From Alphaproteobacteria bacterium (GTDB taxonomy: Bacteria > Pseudomonadota > Alphaproteobacteria > MPNO01 > UBA830): 64,000 nucleotides of DNA. The notes beneath the pieces were generated by a model. That model did no database searches. It was not told where the DNA came from and saw nothing but the letters and a program-made list of their open reading frames with translations. The position numbers were made by a program, and so were the translations under genes. Shown piece after piece: positions 1 to 10,802 of the stretch. The first letter of the stretch is position 1. Every line of letters starts with the position of its first letter. The DNA is taken from NCBI GenBank assembly GCA_965243135.1, contig OZ251539.1:736001-800000 (forward strand), given 5' to 3'.

Positions 1-109
1 CCAGAACCCCGAACACGAAGGCGGTGGCGATCAGGCTCAACGCGACCGGAATTCCGGCGAACACCAGAACGAACAGGAACGGGAACATGAAGACGGCGAG
101 GTCGGACAT
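1..109 (-). CDS. dctM: TRAP transporter large permease, N-terminal part (runs off window)
   Basis: ATG at 109 reads MSDLAVFMFPFLFVLVFAGIPVALSLIATAFVFG, the typical DctM 'GIPVA' start; lies directly after dctQ. Confidence 0.85.
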   Translation of the reverse strand, partial: MSDLAVFMFPFLFVLVFAGIPVALSLIATAFVFGVL

Positions 110-110
110 G

Positions 111-653
111 TCAGGCGCCGGGGAGCTCTTCGCCCCGGTGGAGCAACGGAGACCTGCCTAGGCCGAGCGCGCTCCGGAAATGCCGGACGCACTCGGCGAT
201 CATCTGAAGGAACAGGGCGGCGAATCCGGTCAGGATGCCTGCGAAGAGCGGCCACAGCAGCGGCTTCCAGGGGCTGGCGGGATCCAGTTCGTCAGTGACC
301 CACGCCTCCAGCCATTCCTCCCATGCGCCGATCAGGAGGAAGGTCATCGCCGGAAAGACCAGCGCCAGGTAGACGGCGACGTTGATCCAGTCCTGGATCC
401 TTTGCGGAAACCGGCTCGACAGGAAGTCGATGCGGATGTGGCCGTTGTGCCGCAGCGTGTAGCCCGCGGCGAAGATGAAGCCGATGCCGTTGAGCATGTA
501 GGCCACGTCGTAGGCCCACAGCGTCGGCGCGGAGAACAGGCGTCGCGAAACGACCTCGTACATCATGTCGCCGACGAGAACCAGCAGCATGATCATCGAG
601 ATCGCGGCGAAAAACCGCGAAATCCGGTCGACCGTCGGCAGAAAGCGATTCAT
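111..653 (-). CDS. dctQ: TRAP transporter small permease
   Basis: 180 aa, about 4 TM segments, 'GHIRIDFL' motif, between dctP and dctM. Confidence 0.92.
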   Translation of the reverse strand: MNRFLPTVDRISRFFAAISMIMLLVLVGDMMYEVVSRRLFSAPTLWAYDVAYMLNGIGFIFAAGYTLRHNGHIRIDFLSSRFPQRIQDWINVAVYLALVFPAMTFLLIGAWEEWLEAWVTDELDPASPWKPLLWPLFAGILTGFAALFLQMIAECVRHFRSALGLGRSPLLHRGEELPGA

Positions 654-697
654 GGCGGCGAGCGGCGCCGGGAGTTCCCGGCGCCGCGGCCCGACCG

Positions 698-1753
698 TCA
701 GTTATGCCGGTACGTGCTGAACTTCTTCCAGCGGTCGTAGAAGCCCCAGTACGACTCCGAGGCGCGCGCCATCCACGGATTCCCCTTTGCGGTCTGTTTC
801 TTCGACTGCTCGGCCGACCATGCGCGCCCGAGCTCCTCGATCTTCGCCTGGGCGGCGGCGTCCAGCGTCGACCATTCGTTGCGCCCGGCCTTCAGTTTTT
901 CCATCGCATCGATGTCCTGCACGCCGACCTGCATCGCCGTCTGAAACCCCGAGTAGACGCCCGCGGCCGTAATCTGTTCCTGGAGTTTCTTCGGGAGCTT
1001 GTCCCAGTCGCCGGCGCGGAACACGGCCTCGTTGGAGTGCGACGGGTTATGCAGTCCGGGGACGATGATGAACTTCGCAACCTTGTGGAAGCCGAGTTTG
1101 ATGTTGCTGGACGGAGTGATGAACTCCGTGGCGTCGATCACGCGGCGCTCCAGCGCCGTGTAGATATCGGCCGGCGGGATGACCGTCGCCGAGGCGCCCA
1201 CCATCTTGAGGATGTCGGCCCAGGGTCCTGCCGTCCGTATCTTCATGCCCTTGAGATCGGCGAGCTTTTCGATCTTCTTGTGCGAATGGAGGAAGAATTC
1301 CGTCGAACCCATGCCCGTGACCACGGAATGAAGTTGCTGGGTGTCCCTGCGGAAGCCGGCCAGCAGCTTGTCGCCGCCGCCCGCGAGATACCAGTGCATG
1401 AACTCTTCCATCGGCATGCCGCCGACCGTGCCGCCGAAGATCCCGTTGGCGGGGTCGGCGTTGACCGCGAATCCGGGATAGCAGTAGCAGATGTCCGCGG
1501 TGCCCTTCTGCACCGCCGACCAGGCGTCGAAGGGTCCCGACAGGACGCCGACGCTGAACCCCTTGATCTTCACCTCGCCGTCGGTCAGCAGGTGGACGGC
1601 GTCGATGAAACGCTGCATGTAGTTGTTCCAGGTTCCCGACTTGAGCGGGACGTACGAGGTGAGCTTCCACTCGTATTTCTGGGCCTGCGCCGGGCCGAGC
1701 CCTGCAGCGACCGCAATGGCCGCGGCGCCTGCCAGTTTCGTGAATTTCAGCAT
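698..1753 (-). CDS. dctP: TRAP transporter substrate-binding protein
   Basis: Signal peptide MLKFTKLAGAAAIAVAAGLGPAQA; 'DLKGMKIRT' and 'DIYTALERRVIDATE' motifs; GGAG RBS upstream of ATG 1753. Confidence 0.92.
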   Translation of the reverse strand: MLKFTKLAGAAAIAVAAGLGPAQAQKYEWKLTSYVPLKSGTWNNYMQRFIDAVHLLTDGEVKIKGFSVGVLSGPFDAWSAVQKGTADICYCYPGFAVNADPANGIFGGTVGGMPMEEFMHWYLAGGGDKLLAGFRRDTQQLHSVVTGMGSTEFFLHSHKKIEKLADLKGMKIRTAGPWADILKMVGASATVIPPADIYTALERRVIDATEFITPSSNIKLGFHKVAKFIIVPGLHNPSHSNEAVFRAGDWDKLPKKLQEQITAAGVYSGFQTAMQVGVQDIDAMEKLKAGRNEWSTLDAAAQAKIEELGRAWSAEQSKKQTAKGNPWMARASESYWGFYDRWKKFSTYRHN

Positions 1754-2320
1754 GGTTCTCTCCCTTGTTGCGGAAGTCGCTTCCGGTCGCTGCGCCGGAT
1801 CCGGATCCCGTGCCGTCATTGAAGCACACTTGCGCGTCAATTAACAAACCCAAGGACGACGGGCGCAAACTATATCTCAGCCAGGAAAGGGGCGCTCCCT
1901 GTGGCGAATGACCAACCACGAAAAGAGCGCGCCGCGTCAGGTCGAGCGCCGGCTTAGCCTCGCGCAACGGCGCCGCGCCGCCGGTTCATGGTTTGTCGAA
2001 ACCGGCGCTTGGCGGTTCCATCCAACGCGGAGTTCTCCGTACCGCAACTGCGTCTGACGATCCGTGAAGCGGAGGGCATTCCGGAAGAGCGCGTTACGAA
2101 GGAGGCGCGGGAGGAGCTGTCGTGGCACGGCGCGTGAATCCGCCCGGACCGAGGGCCGGGCAATTGCGCAGTCTTCGCCGGCGCTCGCCGCACCCCGCTT
2201 ATTGCAGGACCCCGCCCTCCGGAGCGTTATCCGCGACCCTGCTTCGGCGAACTCGGGATTCGACTTCACGAACATCCGTTGAGATAAAAAGGCACGAGCA
2301 AGAGTTGCGGGGAACGCAAG

Positions 2321-5300
2321 TTGACCGACGGGTTTCAGAGAACGCTGGATCACATCCGGACGATCGCCGGATCGCAAGCGGAGAAGGGCCGCCTGTTCGA
2401 GCGGCTGATGAAGACCTTCTTTGCCAAGGATCCTCTCTATGCGGAACGCTTTTCGAATGTCCGGCTGTGGTCCGAATGGGCGGAGATCAGGCCGGAATTC
2501 GGCGGAAACGACATCGGCATCGACCTCGTGGCCGAAGAACGGGACGGCGGCTTCTGCGCCATCCAGTGCAAGTGCTACGCCCCCGGCACGACGATTTCGA
2601 AGCCCGACCTCGACTCGTTCATCGCCGCCTCGGCGCGCGATCCCTTCACGGCCCGCATCGTGGTCGACACCGGCGACGGTTGGGGCCCCAACGCCCTCAA
2701 GACCGTCAAGGGCCTGAAGCCGTCTTGCGGCGTCCTGCGTTTCGGCGATCTGGCCGGCCGGCCTTTCGACTGGCCGGATCTGGCCAGCCAGGAACCCGAG
2801 AATCTTTCGTGGCGGGGCGAGGCGTTCAGCCTGCGCCCGCATCAGCGGGAGGCTTTCGACGACGTGATCCGGGGTTTCGGGAACCGCGGCCGCGGCAAGC
2901 TCGTCATGGCCTGCGGCGCCGGCAAGACCTTCACGGCGCTGCGCATCGCGGAAGCCGTCGCCGGCGTCGGCCGGCGGGCGCTTTACCTGGTTCCGTCGAT
3001 CTCCCTCTTCCAGCAATCGATGCGCGAGTGGGCGACCCACCGGGGGATTCCGCACCGCTACGTCGGGATCTGCTCCGACACGCGGGCCGGCCGCACGGAC
3101 GAGGACGCCTCGATGGAGGAGCTGGAAATCCCGGTCACCACGAATCCGGACGCGATCCAGGAAGCGCTTCGTGGCACCGGGAACGACGCGATGACGGTGG
3201 TCTTCTGCACCTACCAGTCGCTGCCTCTGGTGGAGCGGGCGCAGGCGCAGGGCGCTCCCGGGTTCGATCTCGCGATCTGCGACGAAGCCCACCGGACGAC
3301 CGGCGTGGAAATTCCCGACAAGTCGACGTCTCCGTTCGTGCTGATTCACGATGCGAAGAAGATTGCGGCGGAGAAGCGGCTGTACATGACCGCGACGCCG
3401 CGCATCTATGCCGAGGGTGCGAAGGCGAAGGCGGCGAACCGGGCCGTCGAAGTGTTCTCGATGGACGACGAGGAAACCTTCGGGCCCGAGTTCCATCGTC
3501 TGCCGTTTTCGCGGGCGATCGCACGAAACCTGCTGTCCGACTACAAGGTGGTGATCCTCGTGGTGCGGGAGGATGCGGCGGATCCGGCGCTCCGGGCGCA
3601 TCTGGCCGAGGGCGACGGCGAGATCAACCTGACCGACGCGGCGAAGATCGTCGGGTGCTGGCGGGTGCTTCAGAATCCGGAGAACGCCGCCGTCTCCGCG
3701 CCGCTGGGCCGGGCGATCGCGTTCAACGGCAGGATCAAGGATTCGCAGAAGCTGGAGCGGCATTGGGGACCGATCGTCGCGCAGGCCGTGGAACTGTTGC
3801 CCGAGGACGAGCGTCCTGCGGATTTCCGGTGCGAGACCAAGCACGTCGACGGACAGCACAACGCGCTCGACCGCAAGCGGCGGATCGAATGGCTGAAGGA
3901 GGGCGATCGGAGCGCCTGCCGAATACTGACCAACGCGCGCTGCCTGTCGGAGGGGATCGACGTGCCGGCGCTCGACGCGGTGCTGTTCATGAGTCCGCGC
4001 AACTCGCAGGTCGACATCGTGCAGGCGGTCGGTCGGGCCATGCGGAAGGCGGAGGGCAAGGAGTACGGCTACATCGTGCTGCCGGTCGCCGTTCCGCCGA
4101 ACGTGGATCCGGCCCGGGCCCTGGACGACAACGAGCGGTTCGCCGCCGTCTGGGGCGTGCTGCGCTCCCTGCGTTCCCACGACGACAGGTTCAACGCGGA
4201 GATCAACAGGATCGACCTCAACGACACGCCCACCGAGCGAATCGTCATCTGGGACGGAAGCGACGAATCCGCCGGGAACGGCGAACCCTCTGAGCGGACG
4301 CTGCCCTTTCCGCCGCTCGACGTTCCGCCCGGCGCGATCTTCGCCAGGGTCGTCGAGAAATGCGGCGACCGGCGATACTGGGAAAGCTGGGCGAAGGACG
4401 TCGCCGACATCTTCGCGCGTCTGGTCCTTCGTATCGGAAACCTCCTGGACGATCCCGCCAACGAAGCCCTGCGCGAATGGTTCGACGCCTTCCTCGACGA
4501 ACTCAAGGCGTCGATCAACGATTCGATCACTCGCGCGGGCGCCGTCGACATGATGGCGCAGCACATTCTGACGCAGCCGGTCTTCGAGGCGCTGTTCGAG
4601 CGCTACGAATTCGCGAAGAGCAATCCGGTGGCGCGGGCGCTTGACGCGCTGCGGGAGGATTTCTGGGAATTCGGCTTCGAAAACGAACTGGAGGGGCTGG
4701 AGAGCTTCTACGAAAGCGTCCGCATGCGCGCTCGCGGCCTCGACAACAGCGCTGCGCGCCAGCATGTGCTGATGGAACTCTACGAGAAGTTTTTCGCGAC
4801 GGCGCTGAAGAAGGAAACGGATCGGCTCGGCATCGTCTATACGCCCGTCGAAGTGGTGGACTTCATCCTCCGCAGCGCCGACCATGCATTGCGGGAAGAA
4901 TTCGGTCGGTCCCTGAGCGACGAGGGAGTCAACGTGCTCGACCCGTTCACGGGTAGCGGCATCTTCCTCGTCCGGCTTCTCCAGTCGGAGTTGATCGCCG
5001 ACGCCGATCTGGAACGGAAGTTCGGCGGGGAACTTCACGCCAACGAGATCGTCCTCCTCGCCTACTACATCGCGGCGGTCCATATCGAAGAGGCCTTCCA
5101 CGGTCGGGGGGGGGGGCGGGTACGAACCGTTCAATGGCATCGCGCTTGCCGACACCTTCAACCTTCACACGGAGAGAACCGGTTTTCCGAAGGACTGGCT
5201 TCCCGGCAACAGCGAGCGCGTGGAACGGCAGCAGAACCTGCCGATCCAGATCGTCGTCGGCAACCCGCCGTGGTCGGCCTGGCAGAAGAATGCAGCCGAC

Positions 5301-7196
5301 GACAATCCGAATGTCGACTACCCGGAAGTCGAAAGCCGGGTCGCCGAGACCTACGCAGCGTGGTCGCGGGCGACGAACAAGAACAGCCTGTACGACACTT
5401 ACAAGATGGCGGTTCGTTGGGCGTCCGACCGCATCGGCGAGCAGGGCGTCGTCGCCTTCGTCACCAACGGGTCCTGGATCGACGGCAACGTCGATTCCGG
5501 CGTGCGGGCCTGTCTGGCGGAGGAGTTCACGTCCATCTACGTCCTGAACCTGCGGGGCAACGCGAGGACTTCGGGAGAACTGCGACGCAAGGAGGGAGAT
5601 AACGTATTCGGACAGGGATCCCGCGCGCCGGTGGCGATCACGGTGCTGGTCCGCAACCCGAAGGCGGACCGCGAGGACTGCCGCATCCTCTACCGCGACG
5701 TCGGGGACTATCTGACTCGCGAGGACAAGCTGGCCTTTTTGCGGGAGAAGGGATCGATCATGGGCATCGACGACTGGAAGGAAATCGCGCCCGACCGCCA
5801 TCACGACTGGATCGGGCAGCGCAGCGAGGAATTCGGGAAGCTCTATCCGATAGGTTCGAAGGACGCGAAGGCCGGCAAGACCGAAGAAGCGATATTTTCG
5901 CTGTTCAGCAACGGCTACAAGACCGGCAGGGATGCGTATGTGTACAATTTTTCCCGACGTGCTTGCGCGGAGAATGCCCGCCTGATGGTTGACGACTATT
6001 GCGATGCGCTGGAAGAATTCGAGGAAATTATGCGAGGCAAGAAAGACGTTTCAAAATTCGAAATAAATCAGATCGTCGACGATGTCGTATCCTCTAGCAG
6101 GCTGCATTGGGATCAGAAGTTAATAGATAATCTGAGAAGAAGAAAATACATAAAGTTCGAAGAACGTAATCTTTACAGGACAATTTATCGTCCATTTATT
6201 GCTATGAATTTGTACGCCGATCATTTCTTTGCTCAACGGAAATATCGGATGGATTTGATTTTTCCAAAGTTAGTTCGAGGCGAAAACCGTGCGATCTGCG
6301 TTCCGGGCATAGGATCGACCAAGCCGTTCTCCGCCCTCGTAGTCGATACGATGCCGGATCTGGAACTCGTATCTAAAAGTCAGTGCTTCCCGCGATACCG
6401 GTATCGGCGTTCGGAAAACACGCAGGACGAGCTTCCGGGGCTTGAGCCGAAACTCGAACGAGTGGACAATATCGCCGATACAGCCCTTCGAGTCTTTCGC
6501 ACAAAATACGGCGACAACTCCATCTCGAAAGACGCGATATTCGATTACGTCTACGCAGTCCTGCATCATCCGCGTTATCGAGAACGTTTCGCGAACGACT
6601 TGACCAAGGAATTGCCCCGCGTTCCGTTCGCGGCGGATTTCCATGCTTTCGCCGAGGCGGGGCGCAAACTCGCCGATCTTCATCTTCGATACGAGAGCTG
6701 CGACGAGTACCCGCTCGATGTCGAGTTTTCGGGTTCCGAAGAGCCTCGACCGGAACATTTTTGCCTCGGCGATCGGGCAATGCGGTTCGAGGACGACGAA
6801 AGGACAATCCTCCGTGTCAACGAGCACGTGAGCCTCCGCGGTGTCCCCGCCAAGGCGCACGAATACCAAGTCAACGGGAGAACCCCGCTGGAATGGTTTA
6901 TCGACCGTTACAGGATCGTGCAGGATCGCGAGAGCGGCATCGTCAACGACCCGAACGGCTGGTTCGACGACCCGCGTGACCTGATCTCTGCCATCCGCCG
7001 CGTCGTCCATGTCAGCGTGGAAACCTCGCGCATCGTCGCGGCGCTGCCCGAACCGTTTGCCGACGACGAAGCTGATCGGAGCGCGGCCGCTTTTCGGGCC
7101 GAAGCCCAACGCCAATCCCTTGTCGTCGCCCGGAGCCCGCAAGCGCAGGAGGACCAAGATTTTGTCGATGCCGTCACCGACTGGGGCGATGAATGA
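2321..7196 (+). CDS. Type ISP (LlaGI/LlaBIII-like) restriction-modification enzyme: Mrr-like nuclease, SF2 helicase, N6-adenine MTase, TRD; frameshifted at poly-G 5106-5116; C-terminal antitoxin-like tail
   Basis: ORF 2321-5602 has DIGIDLVA..AIQCKCY, MACGAGKT, DEAHRT, LSEGIDVPALD, QAVGRAMR and LDPFTGSG. ORF 5220-7196 has GNPPW, NLRGN and NGRTPLEW. Removing one G joins them into about 1624 aa (..AFHGRGGGGYEPFNGIALADTFNL..). Confidence 0.9.
5106..5116 (+). repeat. G11 homopolymer at the frameshift of RM gene 1
   Basis: cggtc-G11-cgggtacgaaccg; G10 or G13 restores the frame. Confidence 0.9.
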
Positions 7197-7528
7197 AGCG
7201 CGGATGGACGGTTTCAGGAGGAGGAGACTATACGGGCAAACCCCATCCCGCAGTGATCGTTCAGGACGACGGATTCGACGGAACCGCCTTGATCGCGATC
7301 TGTCCCTTCACGACCGACACAGCCGAAGCGCCGTTGATGCGCCTCCCAATCGAACCTGACGGGCGAACGGGCTCGATGCGCTGTCTCATGGTGGACAAGA
7401 TCGCCACTGTATCGACACGGAAGATCGGCAGGCGGACCGGCGAACTCGACAGAGAAGACATCGAACGGCTCGATCAGGCGATAGCCGTTTTCCTCGGCTT
7501 GATGGTTTCGCAAGAAGACATGTGCTGA
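7193..7528 (+). CDS. mazF: MazF/PemK-family toxin, possibly degenerate
   Basis: MKRG-WTVSGGGDYTGKPHPAVIVQDD..CPFTTD..LMVDKI..VFLGL resembles the PemK family; ATGA overlap with the RM gene. The usual KPRP reads KPHP and small deletions are apparent. Confidence 0.8.
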   Translation: MKRGWTVSGGGDYTGKPHPAVIVQDDGFDGTALIAICPFTTDTAEAPLMRLPIEPDGRTGSMRCLMVDKIATVSTRKIGRRTGELDREDIERLDQAIAVFLGLMVSQEDMC

Positions 7529-7898
7529 AAAGCGATGACGGTACCGTTCGAGAAAAGGCAATCCGGTTTGGCCAGTACTGTTTGGCGTGAACCGGCCGGC
7601 GCGACGATATGCCGAGGCCGAACATTGTCGCCGTTCTCGGCGCAAAGCTTATCCTGCGCGCGCTCGAAATATTCCAACGCTCGTTGCATGCCGAAGAAAA
7701 GCGTCATGCCGAACGCGATTTCGAGCCGGTCTCCGCAAAGAGCTCCTGTTCCGTCGCTCGGAGATCCGTTCCTTTGGGCGCGACGTGCCCCTATATGGCA
7801 GCCTTCTTCCGGGCGTCCTGTGGAATGAAGCGCGGCACGAACCGTGCCGACGCCCGAACCCGCGCGCCAGTCTTGGCCGGCGGTTGCGTGGAGCCGTT

Positions 7899-8909
7899 TC
7901 AGTTCCAGCACGCGAAGCCGTTGGCGGTGCCGGTGCCGGCTTCCGACCGGTAGCAGGGCACGTAGTCGATCACGTCGCCCGACAGCTCCGTTTCGAACAG
8001 CACGCCGGCGGCGGCGATCCAGTTCCGCAACTCCGACGAACCCGACATCAGCAACTCCTGTTCGATCCCGCGCAGCGCGTCCGAATCGCGGCCCCGCAGC
8101 GCGTCCAGAAATCTCCGGTCGAGGTCCTCGTCGATGCAGAAATGCGACATGCCGCCGGAACCCACCACGGCGACCCGCGCTTCCGAATTCCAGCCGGCGA
8201 TCGCGCGCCCGATCATCCGGCCGAGATCGAAGCAGCGGCGGGCGGTCGGCTGGTTGGGCGGATAGAAGGTGTTCGCGATGACCGGCAGGGTGGCCACCGT
8301 CCGGTCGCGCATGATCCGCCTCAATATGAAACTGAAGGCGTGCGGGGTTCCTGCATGCCGATGGTTGTCGTGTTCCGGCCAGGCGGCGGACGCGGCGAGA
8401 TCGAAGCCGTCCCGCATCGCCTGCTCGAAGACAACTTCGGCGAGTTCGGGCGCGCCGCGATACTCGGTCCGCCGGTCGGGGCGGTACGCCCACTCCGCCT
8501 CCTCGATGCCGGGAGGCAGAAGCGCCTTCTGCGCGTCGGTCAGCGGCTGATTGTGGAAGATCTCGCCGTGATAAACGGTGAAAGCGGGCTGAATTTCTTC
8601 GAGAAAGAGTTCGCGCTGATCGTTGCCGAGGATGACGCAGACGTCCGGCGCCGCGCTTTCCCAGGCGTCGCCCAGGGCCGCGATGGCCTTTTGGCAGGCG
8701 TCGTAGCGGCGCTGCCGCTCGGCGTCGGTGAACTTTTCGCGAATTCCCTCGCCGGAGCGTCGTTCGACGAGTTCGTCGAACGGCAGTTCTTCTCCCTTGA
8801 ACCAATGCTTGCGGGCGAGGTCGGCCTTGACCCGGTTCGCCCATTGATCCGGCGTGGTGTTGAGGGTCGGGCCGTGGGTCGTCCACATGCCGAGCACGAT
8901 ATCAGCCAT
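7899..8909 (-). CDS. ligZ: LigB-superfamily extradiol dioxygenase, OH-DDVA oxygenase LigZ-like
   Basis: MADIVLGMWTTHGPTL..GNDQRELF..NTFYPPNQPTARRCF..GSGGMSHF..YVPCYRSEAGTGTANGF closely resembles recalled SYK-6 LigZ; DesZ is the related paralog. Confidence 0.82.
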   Translation of the reverse strand: MADIVLGMWTTHGPTLNTTPDQWANRVKADLARKHWFKGEELPFDELVERRSGEGIREKFTDAERQRRYDACQKAIAALGDAWESAAPDVCVILGNDQRELFLEEIQPAFTVYHGEIFHNQPLTDAQKALLPPGIEEAEWAYRPDRRTEYRGAPELAEVVFEQAMRDGFDLAASAAWPEHDNHRHAGTPHAFSFILRRIMRDRTVATLPVIANTFYPPNQPTARRCFDLGRMIGRAIAGWNSEARVAVVGSGGMSHFCIDEDLDRRFLDALRGRDSDALRGIEQELLMSGSSELRNWIAAAGVLFETELSGDVIDYVPCYRSEAGTGTANGFACWN

Positions 8910-8954
8910 CGTATGTCTCCCGTTGTTCGTTGCGCCCCTTGGCCGGCGCGCCGG

Positions 8955-9851
8955 TCATCGATTGCGGCCCTCCGGAGCGGTGATGTCGCGAACGCCGTCG
9001 CCCATCAGATTGACCGCGATCACGAGCAGGAATATCGCGAGGCCCGGCAGCGCGATCAGATAGGGCTTGAAGAACATGAAACTGCGTCCCTCCGAGACGA
9101 GCAACCCCCACGACGGGGTAGGGGGCTGAATCCCGAGCCCGAGAAAGGAAAGAACCGCTTCCACGAGGATGGCGATCCCGGTCTCCAGGCTGGCGACCAC
9201 GATGATCTGGCTCATCACGTTCGGAAGGATTTCGCGCAGGACGATCCGGGTTCGCGATGCGCCGACCGCCTCCGCCGCCGTCACGAACTCGTTGTTGCGG
9301 ACTTGCTGGGTGGCGCTGCGCACCACGACCGCGAATCGGTCCCAGAACAGGAAGCCGAGAATGCAGACGATCGCGAGGAGCGAGCCGCCGAATACCGACA
9401 CCAGCGACAGGGCGATCAGGATGCCGGGAAGGGCCAGCTTCACGTTGATGAGATACATCACGGCGGCGTCCGCGCGGCCGCCGAAATACCCGCCGATCAA
9501 TCCGATCGTCGATCCGACGAGGCCGGAGATGGCCGCGGCGCCGAGGCCGACGATCAGCGATATCCGCGCGCCGTAGAGGATTCGGGTGAGGTAGTCGCGG
9601 CCGAGGGAATCGGTTCCGAGCGGATGCGACCAGGTGCCGCCGTCGCCCCAGACCGGATTGATCAGCCGGGCGTCGAGGTTCTGCGCGAACGGATCGAACG
9701 GCGTCACCGCGGGCGCGAACGCCGCCAGCAGCGAGATCGCCAGGACGAATCCGGTTCCGAGAAGGAATCCGGCATGCGACAGCGCGCGCCGCCGCATGAT
9801 CTCGCGCGGCGACGGCGCCGCGAATTCGGTCGTTTCGTCGGCGTCGCGCAC
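8955..9851 (-). CDS. Peptide/nickel-type ABC transporter permease (DppC/OppC-like)
   Basis: HPLGTDSLGRD, EAA loop (EFVTAAEAVGAS), LSFLGLGIQPPTPSWG. Confidence 0.93.
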   Translation of the reverse strand: MRDADETTEFAAPSPREIMRRRALSHAGFLLGTGFVLAISLLAAFAPAVTPFDPFAQNLDARLINPVWGDGGTWSHPLGTDSLGRDYLTRILYGARISLIVGLGAAAISGLVGSTIGLIGGYFGGRADAAVMYLINVKLALPGILIALSLVSVFGGSLLAIVCILGFLFWDRFAVVVRSATQQVRNNEFVTAAEAVGASRTRIVLREILPNVMSQIIVVASLETGIAILVEAVLSFLGLGIQPPTPSWGLLVSEGRSFMFFKPYLIALPGLAIFLLVIAVNLMGDGVRDITAPEGRNR

Positions 9852-9860
9852 CTTCGCCTC

Positions 9861-10778
9861 CTAATCCAGCCGAATGCGGGGATCGAGCCGCGCGTTGATC
9901 AGATCGGACGCCAGCGTGAGCAGGATGTAGGCGAACGATACGAACACCAGGATCGACTGGACGACGGGAAAATCGCTTCTGAGAATCGACTGATAGGCGA
10001 GCAGCCCGATGCCGTTCAGCGCGAAGACCGCCTCGACGATCACCGATCCCCCGAGCAGGAATCCCAGCGACACGGCGGAAAGCGACACCACGGGCAGGAT
10101 CGCGTTGCGCAGCGCGTGCTTGAAGAAGACGGTCGAAGCGTGCAGCCCCTTCGCCCAGGCGGTGCGGACGAAGTCCGCGTCCAGCACCTCCAGCATTCCG
10201 GCGCGGGTAAGCCGCATGAGCGCCGGCATTACCGTCGTGCCGAGAGTGACGGTCGGCAGCACGTAATGCGCGAAGTCGCCGGACCCGGATATCGGCAACC
10301 AGCGCAGGAGGACGCCGAACAGGTAGATCAGCAGCAGGCCGAACCAGAAATTGGGGATCGCCTGCCCGAATACGGCGATCGCGAGCGCCGCCCGGTCGAT
10401 CCACGTGTTCATCCTGACGGCGGCGAGCACGCCGAGCGGAACGGCGATCAGGAGCGCCAGGGCAAGGGAGTATAGGGACAGTCGGACGGTGACGCCGATG
10501 CGCTCGAGTATGAGTTCCGTGACCGGTTCGTTGGTGAACAGCGATTGTCCGAGATCGCCGCGGAGCGCCTTTCCGGCCCAGTCGAGGTACTGCGCGTGCA
10601 ACGGGCGGTCGAGACCGTAGAGCCTGGCGATCTCGGCGACCTCCTCGGGCGTCGCGTCCTCGCCGGCCAGGTCGGCCGCGAGGTCCCCGGAGAGCCGCAA
10701 TAGCGCGAAGCCGATGACCGACACCGTTATGGCGACCAGAAGCGCGACGCCCGCCCTCTGCAGGAAGAAGCGGCCCAC
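9861..10778 (-). CDS. Peptide/nickel-type ABC transporter permease (DppB/OppB-like)
   Basis: GLDRPL..QY, GDLGQS, DFVRTAWAKGL, KHALRNA, GGSVIVEAVF. Confidence 0.93.
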   Translation of the reverse strand: MGRFFLQRAGVALLVAITVSVIGFALLRLSGDLAADLAGEDATPEEVAEIARLYGLDRPLHAQYLDWAGKALRGDLGQSLFTNEPVTELILERIGVTVRLSLYSLALALLIAVPLGVLAAVRMNTWIDRAALAIAVFGQAIPNFWFGLLLIYLFGVLLRWLPISGSGDFAHYVLPTVTLGTTVMPALMRLTRAGMLEVLDADFVRTAWAKGLHASTVFFKHALRNAILPVVSLSAVSLGFLLGGSVIVEAVFALNGIGLLAYQSILRSDFPVVQSILVFVSFAYILLTLASDLINARLDPRIRLD

Positions 10779-10802
10779 CTTGCGCTCCGCCGCTCCGCGC
10801 GG

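Noticed and set aside
1937-5161. 1074-aa minus-strand ORF and other long shadow ORFs (7587-10475, 35835-38987, 39933-42701, 45052-47865)
   Set aside because: They are antisense or off-frame to well-supported genes and have no motifs; such ORFs are expected in high-GC DNA.
7530-7890. Protein-like minus-strand fragment (DRLEIAFGMTLFFGMQRALEYFERAQ)
   Set aside because: No clear start and no family I can recognise; it may be a relic but cannot be supported.
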